Source: an uncultured Pseudomonadota bacterium (GTDB taxonomy: Bacteria; SAR324; NAC60-12). Taken from it: a stretch of 32,256 bases of DNA. The notes under the pieces are model-generated. The model saw only the letters and a program-made list of their open reading frames with translations, was not told where the DNA came from and ran no database searches. Numbering within the stretch: position 1 is the stretch's first letter; every line of letters begins with the position of its first letter. Made by a program: the position numbers and the translations under genes. Location: positions 1 to 32,256 of the forward strand of contig CAJWCD010000022.1 of assembly GCA_913020725.1 (NCBI GenBank), read 5' to 3'. Shown in pieces: positions 19,230 through 26,820 of this stretch.

Positions 19230-19745
19230 TCAGCGCATTTGGGATTGGTAAGGCACTTCCCAGTGGGGCAGCATGGGTTCGAGTCCCACGTTCAAGCCCT
19301 CGACTTGTTCGATGAGTGCCATCAGCACCTCGGCGGCAAGGATGCCATCCGGATAGACGAGCAGGAGTGGGTAGTGTTCAGTCTGCCCGAAGCGTCGCTT
19401 GATGCGCAGGTTTTCGTCGGCGATTTCCGAGAAGTAGCGTAGCAACTCCGGATTCTTGCGCTTGATCTCCTGCATGAGATGCCCCAGCCGCACCACACGT
19501 TCGCGGTTGCGGAAGAGGTCGTAGTACTCGATGCGGTCGGCGTAACAGCGGATGAAGATGGGATTGACATAACCGGGAGCGCCAACCCACTGGAACTCGA
19601 TGGGTTGAGGCCGGGGCGGTTGCACGTCTTCCTGTGTGGTGACGACAAAGCTGATCGCCAAGAACGCCAACACGCCCATCGTGCTCAGCAGGACGCTGAG
19701 GAAGGGAAACAGCGAAACTCTGGGGGCTTGCGCCTGCCACCTCAT
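19230..19745 (-). CDS. Atypical ExbD/TolR-like single-TM partner protein
   Basis: N-terminal TM SLFPFLSVLLSTMGVLAFLAI followed by a soluble domain; ATGA-coupled to the MotA/TolQ/ExbB gene. Confidence 0.6.
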   Translation of the reverse strand: MRWQAQAPRVSLFPFLSVLLSTMGVLAFLAISFVVTTQEDVQPPRPQPIEFQWVGAPGYVNPIFIRCYADRIEYYDLFRNRERVVRLGHLMQEIKRKNPELLRYFSEIADENLRIKRRFGQTEHYPLLLVYPDGILAAEVLMALIEQVEGLNVGLEPMLPHWEVPYQSQMR

Positions 19746-20932
19746 GGACGGGACGGTTCTTCAGCCGCTGCGGGGTTCGAGTCTGCTACTTCCGGAGCCG
19801 CAGTAGCATCGTCTGTGGAGGTGGGTATTTCAGGCGGCGGAGTTTCCGGCGTGGGTTGGTTGAGCAGGCCAGCACTAAAATCTCGCAGCACTGGTTGCAG
19901 TGCCGCCACTTGAGCCTCCAGCGTTTTTGCGTGCTCTCCGACGGAGTTCAGCACCGGTGCGGCCTGCTGAGTCCACTGCTCAGTGAAGTTTGTCAACTGC
20001 TCCAGTTGCGCCTGTGTTACATTCTCCAACTCCTGCCGTCCGGGGTGGACGTGCAAATGCGGGAGTAGTTCTTCAAGGCAGTACTCCTCCACATTGAGCA
20101 GCAGCCCCTCTTCACCCTGGCGCACCATTGAAGCCAGCACCATGATCGGGATCACTCCCATGAGCGCGAGAAAGGTGGTATTGAACGCGATGGAAAGCCC
20201 GTTGGTCACTCCGCCCAGCGCAGAGCGGAGTTGCCCGCCGACCGATCCGGAATCGGCGCTGCGGATAAATTCCGAGAACTCGCCGATGGATTCACCGATG
20301 CCATAGACGGTTCCGATGAAACCGAGAATCGGAATCGCCCAGATGAAGACGTTGAGCAGGGTATAACGCCCTTGCAGGCGATTGTGATCAATCTCGGCCT
20401 GATAGTTGAGGATCGCCTGAATCTCCTCCTTCTTCGGCACCGCCCGCAGGTAGAGCAGGATGCGCCGGATGCGCTGGAAGACCACCGTACTCTGAAACTT
20501 GCGGATACCCCGTGCTTCGAGGTGGCGGCTTAGTTCGGCGATGCGCTCCTCGACTTCCCGGACGTAAATTCCGCTTTGGTAGGAGTGGTGCAGTTCGTGA
20601 TGCCGCAGGGCTTCCAGTGCTTTATCTTGCAGCCGATGACGATGGTAGCGGAAAGCAACGAGGGCCAGCGACCACGCACAAAGTGCGAAGATCAACTCGG
20701 AGATGCGCCCGGTGAACAACTGGAGGACATAGGCGTTGCGTGTCACTGGAATCGGGAAGACGAGGTAGAACACGCCTGTCACCAACGACGCGAGGATGAA
20801 GGCCTTGAAGACATCCCCGGACTCCGAGGCGGGCGGCTCCACGAGGTAGGTGTTGCAGCGCTGGCAGTAGGCCGCCACTTCCGGATTGGACTCGCCACAC
20901 TTGAGGCATTTCATGCTTTTGTTTCCATCCAC
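19742..20932 (-). CDS. MotA/TolQ/ExbB ion-channel family protein with N-terminal zinc ribbon
   Basis: CLKC-x10-CQRC at the N-terminus; WAIPILGFIGTVYGI and GLSIAFNTT channel helices. Start is GTG 20932 or ATG 20914. Confidence 0.82.
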   Translation of the reverse strand: MDGNKSMKCLKCGESNPEVAAYCQRCNTYLVEPPASESGDVFKAFILASLVTGVFYLVFPIPVTRNAYVLQLFTGRISELIFALCAWSLALVAFRYHRHRLQDKALEALRHHELHHSYQSGIYVREVEERIAELSRHLEARGIRKFQSTVVFQRIRRILLYLRAVPKKEEIQAILNYQAEIDHNRLQGRYTLLNVFIWAIPILGFIGTVYGIGESIGEFSEFIRSADSGSVGGQLRSALGGVTNGLSIAFNTTFLALMGVIPIMVLASMVRQGEEGLLLNVEEYCLEELLPHLHVHPGRQELENVTQAQLEQLTNFTEQWTQQAAPVLNSVGEHAKTLEAQVAALQPVLRDFSAGLLNQPTPETPPPEIPTSTDDATAAPEVADSNPAAAEEPSRP

Positions 20933-21165
20933 AGCTTGGGGTTCATGCCTTCAGCATAGTGGGAACCCCAGAGCCATGCAAGGAATCACGCCACCCGAGC
21001 ATGGTGTTCAATGCATTCCGAAATCCAGGCATTCAAACTCTTGTTGGCTCCTTTTGCCCCCAGAAGGCTTTGCGGTGAATCTGGGGAGAAAGCCGCTCAA
21101 TAGTATCATAAACACAAATCCGTTTGACCGAAAAATCAACTTCACCCTGTGCTTGACGCTTGAAA

Positions 21166-21600
21166 TTACCGTTGCAGAAAACACCGATGATACATAACGA
21201 GACTGCCCGCGATTGCCACATTGTAGGGGGCTTCGACAACGGATTCCAAAGAAACCACGCAGTTGCACACCTGCAAAACATTGGGAGGCAGGCCATAATC
21301 CTCGGCTCCCAGAAGATAAATTGCCTGAGCGGGATGCGTGAAGCTCGTCAATGGCGTTCCGTCCGTTTCAATCCCAACCAAAACTGCCCCTCTCGGTCGA
21401 TTTCGCAAAAAATCATCCATTGCAGGATAATGCCTCAAGGGAATCTGGTGCATGGTCTTGTGGCAATCACTGGGTTGTTTTTTGTAGCGGGAACCAATGG
21501 TGAAGATGCCTGCCGCTCCGAGCTGATAAGCACTACGCCAAAGGGTGCCGATGTTTCCCTTGATCTTGGGATGATAGATTCCGATTTCAAAATAACTCAT
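21166..21600 (-). CDS. SpoU/TrmH-family RNA 2'-O-methyltransferase
   Basis: NIGTLWRSA, LLGAEDYGL and YNVAIAG (SPOUT motifs). Confidence 0.88.
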   Translation of the reverse strand: MSYFEIGIYHPKIKGNIGTLWRSAYQLGAAGIFTIGSRYKKQPSDCHKTMHQIPLRHYPAMDDFLRNRPRGAVLVGIETDGTPLTSFTHPAQAIYLLGAEDYGLPPNVLQVCNCVVSLESVVEAPYNVAIAGSLVMYHRCFLQR

Positions 21601-21683
21601 GTGAAGAGCTGTTGCCCATACTCCCAGACGTACCCACAGGTTTTCATAATCACGGAACGGTTTAAGGCAGCAGAGCCGGAAAC

Positions 21684-22850
21684 TCAGAGCGGCAATTCCT
21701 GCTCGACGAGGGTGGCCCAGTAGGACGCGCCGATGGGCAGGATGTCATCGTTGAAATCGTAGTGCGGGTTGTGGACCATGCAACCACCTGTTTCGCCAAC
21801 ACCATTGCCGATGAAGACAAAGCAACCGGGCCGGGCGAGCAGCATGAAGGAGAAATCCTCCGAGGCCATGATCGGATTGGGATCACGGATCAGGTTTTCC
21901 TCGCCAACCACCGCACCAGCCGCCCGCAGAGCGATTTGGGTTTGCTCGGCATGGTTGACGGTGGCGGGGTAACCGCGACGATAGGTGAAGGTGCAGGTTG
22001 CGCCGTTGGCCGCACAGATGCCCTCAGCGATTTGCTGGAGGCGGGCTTCCGTGGCATCGCGGGTTTCTGGTTTGAAGGTGCGCACGGAACCACCAATCGT
22101 CACCGAGTCCGGGATCACATTGAACGCCTCTCCGGCGTTGAAGCGGGTGGTGCTGACCACCACCGAATCCAAGGGGTTAGTGCGGCGGCTGGCAATCGTC
22201 TGGAAGGCGTTAACGACCTGGGCACCGATCACAACGGGATCAATGGCAAGATCCGGCATGGCCGCGTGGCCACCCGTGCCCTGCACCACGAGTTCAAAAG
22301 TGTCCGCTGCCGCCAGCATCGGCCCCGGCCAACTGCTGATCACGCCTTTAGGAATGCCCGGCATGTTGTGCATTCCGTAAACCGCATCCACCGGAAACTG
22401 CTTGAACAACCCCTCCTTCACCATCACGTCGCCACCACCGCCACCTTCCTCGGCAGGCTGGAAAATGCAGTGAACGGTGCCCTTGAAGCGTTTGGTGTCG
22501 GCAAGGTATTTTGCCGCGCCCAGCAGCATGGTCGTGTGGCCGTCGTGCCCACAGGCGTGCATGCGGCCTTCGTTGACGGATTTGTACTCGAACTCGTTCA
22601 GTTCCGGCAGCGCGAGGGCGTCCAAGTCCGCCCGCATTCCAATGGAAGGGCCGTCGCCATTGCGGATCGTGCCCACCACGCCCGTCGTCGCCAAGCCCTG
22701 ATGGACCTCCAGCCCGAACGACTGAAGCTTCTCGGCCACCACCTCCGAAGTACGGTGTTCCACAAAACCGAGTTCCGGATGTCGATGGATGTCCCGACGC
22801 CACTGCGTCATCTCGTCATGAAACGTTTTGATTTCCGCTTTGATTCGCAT
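21684..22850 (-). CDS. M20D amidohydrolase (hippurate hydrolase/aminoacylase-like)
   Basis: HRHPELGF, RADLDAL, MHACGHDGH, FQPAEE, GGHAA, SEDFS and HNPHYDF. Confidence 0.92.
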   Translation of the reverse strand: MRIKAEIKTFHDEMTQWRRDIHRHPELGFVEHRTSEVVAEKLQSFGLEVHQGLATTGVVGTIRNGDGPSIGMRADLDALALPELNEFEYKSVNEGRMHACGHDGHTTMLLGAAKYLADTKRFKGTVHCIFQPAEEGGGGGDVMVKEGLFKQFPVDAVYGMHNMPGIPKGVISSWPGPMLAAADTFELVVQGTGGHAAMPDLAIDPVVIGAQVVNAFQTIASRRTNPLDSVVVSTTRFNAGEAFNVIPDSVTIGGSVRTFKPETRDATEARLQQIAEGICAANGATCTFTYRRGYPATVNHAEQTQIALRAAGAVVGEENLIRDPNPIMASEDFSFMLLARPGCFVFIGNGVGETGGCMVHNPHYDFNDDILPIGASYWATLVEQELPL

Positions 22851-22908
22851 GGGTTGTTTGTTGGTTTAGTTTCATAGAAAGTTGGGGTGTCCTTCACTGC
22901 CGGAGGCA

Positions 22909-23061
22909 TCAAGGGTAAGACACTGGTTGAAATTCGCACTCGGAATCGCTGAGTTTTCTCCGCAGCGATTCCGGGAGTTCAGAGCACGTCATCGCGTCCG
23001 CAAAATCGGTTCTCGTCCACTCTGGGTTGTCGTGGTCGAGCTGTTCGGATTCCTGTTCCAT
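22909..23061 (-). pseudogene. Truncated BrnA-type antitoxin N-terminus (50-aa ORF)
   Basis: MEQESEQLDHDNPEWTRTDFADAMTCSELPESLRRKL... The DNPEWTxxDFAxA motif is typical of BrnA N-termini; the C-terminal ribbon-helix-helix part is absent. GGAG SD upstream. Confidence 0.55.
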
Positions 23062-23077
23062 AAAGGCAAATCTCCCG

Positions 23078-23440
23078 TTATTTTAATGGTTTCGCCGCTA
23101 GCCGTTTAAGCTGCTTGGTGGTGGGGTCCACGATGCACCCAAGGTTTTCCAGCACGACCACGCCCAAGATCGGTTCGACTCCTTTGGGGCCGAAGATGAC
23201 TTGGGAAACCGTCTCCTGACCCATGAAGGCAACCCGGGCAAATCCCAGTTCGTACTCGACGGTCTCACCATTGGCCAACTCGTAAATCGTTTTCCCTTCC
23301 TTGGGCAGGCCGATTTTCTCAAGTTCGTCCTCCGGAGCCATGCAGTCAGTGGATCTCGTGTCCACGATAAATTCCGCCTCATACGGTTCACTCGTTCTCG
23401 TGAGATCAAAGAGTTGAGTGGTCACAGGCGTTATGCCCAT
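23078..23440 (-). CDS. Clan AA (retropepsin-like) aspartyl protease, possibly degenerate
   Basis: FIVDT(R)S, YELANGE and EPILGVVVLE.LG..VDP. The canonical DTG reads DTR. Confidence 0.75.
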   Translation of the reverse strand: MGITPVTTQLFDLTRTSEPYEAEFIVDTRSTDCMAPEDELEKIGLPKEGKTIYELANGETVEYELGFARVAFMGQETVSQVIFGPKGVEPILGVVVLENLGCIVDPTTKQLKRLAAKPLK

Positions 23441-23448
23441 TCTAACCT

Positions 23449-24633
23449 TTAGCGTGGCACCGGTGTTCCGTTTTTGACAACGAGCCGGTGGTTCTCGGAG
23501 TTGCTGACGGCGCTGATGTTCTCAACGGGGTTTCCGGAGACGATCAACAGGTCAGCAAAATAACCCTTGCAGAGCCGTCCGCGCTCTGCAAGCTGAAGCA
23601 AATCGGCAGCATTGCCTGTGGAAATCGTGAGCGCATCGGCATTGGAAATGCCGAGATCGGTCATGAACTCCAATTCCCGGCTGTTATCGCCGTGGAAGTT
23701 GAACGGCGTTCCGGCGTCGGTGCCCATCGCAATTTTCCCTCCGGCCTTGTAAAACATCTGGATGGACTGCGTATGCCGTTCCCGGACTCGCACCGTTTTT
23801 TCCACAACGTAGTCGGGAATGCCTTTTTCACGGTTGCGGTAGATGTTGTTGACTGCCGCGAGCGTTGGCACCAAATAAGTGCCGCGCTTCATCATTTCCT
23901 CAATGCACTCATCCGTCATGAAAATGCCGTGTTCGATAGAATCCATTCCAGCCCGCACGGCATTGAGGATGCCCGCGCCGCCTTGGGCATGGCTCGCACA
24001 GGTTTTGCTGAAGCGGTGTCCTTCACTCACACCGGCCCGCAGTTCCTCCTCGGTGTAGTGCGCGTCCTCCGGATTCACACCCGGCGTCATCACCCCACCC
24101 GTGGCCATCAGCTTGATCACGTCCGAGCCGGCGTGGATCTGCTCGCGAACGGCCTTGGTCACTTCGTCCGGACCATCGGCGATACGTCCGATTGTATTGC
24201 CGTGACCTCCAGTCATGCAAATCATGCGGCCTGCCGCCCTGATGGTGGGGCCGAGTTGCTTCCCGGAGTTACAGGCGTCGCGCACGGAGAATTCAAGGTA
24301 GTCCTTGCCGCCAAGGTCGCGGAGGCCGGTGACACCCGATCGCAGAGCAGCCTGCGCGTTTTGCAGGGCGCCCATCACGATGTCTCCGGGATTCAGGTTG
24401 GCCATCCTCGCTTTGGGGTCGGCCTCGCCGCCAAAGACGAGGTGGACGTGGCAATCAATCAGTCCGGGTAAGACGGTGCCCCCGGAGGTGTCCACGTGCT
24501 CACCCGTGAAACCCTCGAACTCGGAGTTGGGTGCGATGTGTGCGATGCGGTCGTCTTCGATCAAAACACCGTGGTTTTCCAGCAGCGTGCCGTGGCCGTC
24601 AAAAACGTGGCCGCCTGAGTAGAGTGTGGTCAT
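23449..24633 (-). CDS. Metal-dependent amidohydrolase (Xaa-Pro dipeptidase-like)
   Basis: PGLIDCHVH, VIKLMATGGV, SHAQG, SIEHG and GTDAG. Confidence 0.9.
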   Translation of the reverse strand: MTTLYSGGHVFDGHGTLLENHGVLIEDDRIAHIAPNSEFEGFTGEHVDTSGGTVLPGLIDCHVHLVFGGEADPKARMANLNPGDIVMGALQNAQAALRSGVTGLRDLGGKDYLEFSVRDACNSGKQLGPTIRAAGRMICMTGGHGNTIGRIADGPDEVTKAVREQIHAGSDVIKLMATGGVMTPGVNPEDAHYTEEELRAGVSEGHRFSKTCASHAQGGAGILNAVRAGMDSIEHGIFMTDECIEEMMKRGTYLVPTLAAVNNIYRNREKGIPDYVVEKTVRVRERHTQSIQMFYKAGGKIAMGTDAGTPFNFHGDNSRELEFMTDLGISNADALTISTGNAADLLQLAERGRLCKGYFADLLIVSGNPVENISAVSNSENHRLVVKNGTPVPR

Positions 24634-24723
24634 GATTTTGTGTGAAAAGAGTCAAGAGTTTGTACAAATTCGATTGTTGCGACTATTCGTCACCGGGGCA
24701 AGCCGGAACCGCCTGAAAGCCAT

Positions 24724-25764
24724 TCAGGGTTGGCGCAGCGTCTCGATTCGTGTTGGAAACGAAGGGTGTGTCGAGAACCACTCCGGAGCGGTCGTGCAAG
24801 CCTCTCCGCAGTGTTCAGCGAGCCGCGTGAGCATCCGAGCCAACGACTCCACAGAGCGTCCCGAACGTTTCAGGAGGTGTTTGGCTTCCGCATCCGCCTC
24901 GGCCTCAAATTCACGGGTGTAGGCGAGATTCAGCAAAGTTCCGGACGCTGCTGCCAGTTCTTCGGCAAGGCTGGCAGCATCATCCAACACCAGCGCAAGC
25001 ACGGTAACGATGAGTAGCGAACGCACTAGCCGACGGGCCGGATGCCGCTGCTGGACGTGTCCCAACTCATGAGCCAAGACCCCGATCACCTCATCCGGAT
25101 GCTCAGCCAACTCCACCAATTCATCCGTCAGCACAACAACGCCGCCCGGCAATGTGATCGCGTTGGGGCCGATCCGCTGACCCGTCCGGAAGGCAAGGGT
25201 GGGCGGGGTCGTTTGCTTGGCGGCGAGTTCATGAAATGCTTGAGAGAACTCTAGTCGCTGCTCTCCAGAAAGTTCGGAAGGCGCGAATAAGCCTTCATCC
25301 AAGACATCCAAAGCATGGATGCCCGCCAACCGCAACCACGGGTCGGGAAGCGTCCGGGCAATTTGGTCCGCCACCCACGGTAGCCCGTAGCGACCCGTTC
25401 CAACGATCAACAACATCAGCACACAAACCCCGATCAGCAAGGCTTTGCGGTTGTTTTCCAGCCAGCCCAGCCTGCTTCCGGGCAGACGCTGGCCTGCATA
25501 GTGAAGCAGGGTTTCGGCGTCTGCCGCATCACCACTCTCGAAAACACTGCCATCTGGAAAAACGAAACGGTAGGGCAGTTTGCCGACGGGGGCGTTGACG
25601 GTGATTTGATCGGAAGCCGCAGCCTGTTCGCTCGGCATCAGGGGCGAGTTGAGTCGGTAGTTACCCAGTGCCCATTCCAGCGTGGCGATGCCGGAGCGGG
25701 AACTGCCCGAAAGGTAGAGTGTGCCGCGAATTTTCACAGGCGTGATTCGTGAAAAATGACGCAA
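24724..25764 (-). CDS. M48 family zinc metallopeptidase, membrane-anchored
   Basis: PNAITLPGG, VLAHELGH, YTREFEAEAD and FSTHP. The real start may be GTG 25737. Confidence 0.88.
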   Translation of the reverse strand: MRHFSRITPVKIRGTLYLSGSSRSGIATLEWALGNYRLNSPLMPSEQAAASDQITVNAPVGKLPYRFVFPDGSVFESGDAADAETLLHYAGQRLPGSRLGWLENNRKALLIGVCVLMLLIVGTGRYGLPWVADQIARTLPDPWLRLAGIHALDVLDEGLFAPSELSGEQRLEFSQAFHELAAKQTTPPTLAFRTGQRIGPNAITLPGGVVVLTDELVELAEHPDEVIGVLAHELGHVQQRHPARRLVRSLLIVTVLALVLDDAASLAEELAAASGTLLNLAYTREFEAEADAEAKHLLKRSGRSVESLARMLTRLAEHCGEACTTAPEWFSTHPSFPTRIETLRQP

Positions 25765-25847
25765 TTCATCGGCCTTCCTATTCGTACTGAACGTGTCAAA
25801 GGATTCAGGCCGAACGGCATGGTGGGGGGCCCTTCAATTTGCGGCAG

Positions 25848-26435
25848 TTAGAGCGTCGGAGACAGCAGGTTAACCATGAAACCGTGGCAGACGCCCTTGC
25901 CGATGTTGGTCAGTTTATGAGCGGTTTCCGTGCCATAGCGCAAGGTTTCCCCAGCTTCAACCACTTTCCGATTTTCCTCAATCTCGATCTCCAAGGCTCC
26001 CTTGAGCAGAGAAATGCTTTCGATGCTGCCGGTGCCATGCGATTCGGAGATCAGACACGATCCCGGTTGGGCCTCGAACTCGTACCACTGCACGGATGCA
26101 AGCATACTGACCAGCCCCAGAATCCGGAGGGTGAAGCCGCCATCCTCGCTGGCAACCGACGGGGTGGCGTTGTATTTGAGCTTCTCGAAAGGCGAAGAGG
26201 GCTTGTTGGAAGAAAGCAGGTCTTCCAGCGGATGATCCAGCGCCTGCGTGATGCGCCAGATCGTCGAGAGCGTGGGGTTGCTCTTGTCGCGTTCGATTTG
26301 CGAGAGGATCGCCTTTGAGACTCCGGATTTCGTGGCCAACTCGTCCAGTGTGAGGCCGTGGGCGCGACGCAGGCGATGAACCTCGTCGCCCACCTTGGGG
26401 GGTTTGAAACGTTGCTGGTCGTAAATCTTCGTCAT
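25848..26435 (-). CDS. XRE-family HTH + cupin transcriptional regulator (SutR/PuuR-like)
   Basis: LTLDELATKSGVSKAILSQIERDKSNPTL HTH followed by a cupin domain (ESHGTGSIE...GETLRY...H). ATG at 26435; divergent from the sulfur-carrier operon. Confidence 0.9.
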   Translation of the reverse strand: MTKIYDQQRFKPPKVGDEVHRLRRAHGLTLDELATKSGVSKAILSQIERDKSNPTLSTIWRITQALDHPLEDLLSSNKPSSPFEKLKYNATPSVASEDGGFTLRILGLVSMLASVQWYEFEAQPGSCLISESHGTGSIESISLLKGALEIEIEENRKVVEAGETLRYGTETAHKLTNIGKGVCHGFMVNLLSPTL

Positions 26436-26443
26436 GGTGCGTC

Positions 26444-26498
26444 GTTTAATATACTGAACATCAGTTTGACAATCGGGACTCGTGAAATTATAGTGAAC
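26444..26498 (+). promoter_or_regulatory. Sigma70 promoter of the sulfur-carrier operon with two putative operator sites
   Basis: TTGACA (26466-26471), 17 bp spacer, TATAGT (26489-26494). Imperfect palindrome GTTTAATATACTGAAC (26444-26459) and a second TATAGTGAAC half-site over the -10. Confidence 0.72.
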
Positions 26499-26538
26499 TT
26501 TTAACGACTCGCAAGTCAAACCCCAGCGCAGGACACTC

Positions 26539-26820
26539 ATGGCCGTTACCATTGAAATCCCTTCCGCTCTTGTGCAATTCTCCGGGAACGAGGACGAAAT
26601 TGACGTTTCCGGAAGCACGGTGGGCGCAGCGTTCGACAACCTGCTTGCGCAACACGCCGCCCTCAAGTCGCACCTCTTCGAGGACTCCGGTGAGTTCCGC
26701 AGTTTTGTGAACGTCTATCTCAACGACGATGACATCCGCCAGCTTTCCGGACGCGACACCCCGGTTGCGGATGGCGATCTCATCCAGATCGTCCCTTCCA
26801 TCGCTGGAGGCTGGACATGA
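26539..26820 (+). CDS. MoaD/ThiS/CysO-type ubiquitin-like sulfur carrier, C-terminus GG-WT
   Basis: Beta-grasp pattern V.IPS.L...G.TV...FVNVYLNDDDIR.L.G.DTPV.DGD.I.IVPSIAGG followed by a 2-residue extension. Confidence 0.92.
   Translation: MAVTIEIPSALVQFSGNEDEIDVSGSTVGAAFDNLLAQHAALKSHLFEDSGEFRSFVNVYLNDDDIRQLSGRDTPVADGDLIQIVPSIAGGWT

Noticed and set aside
19230..20932. Zorya ZorAB or flagellar MotAB stator
   Set aside because: The partner lacks an OmpA-like peptidoglycan-binding domain and the TM Asp, and no zorC/D/E or flagellar genes are adjacent.
21762..24471. Long antisense ORFs (for example 21762-22877 +, 23488-24471 +, and also 26715-27953 - and 16380-17306 +)
   Set aside because: They are shadows of well-supported genes on the opposite strand in GC-rich DNA and show no recognisable motifs.
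26436..26666. N-terminal extension of the XRE-cupin ORF as given in the ORF track (272 aa)
   Set aside because: It would overlap the divergent promoter and the carrier gene; ATG 26435 gives a normal-sized 195-aa regulator.
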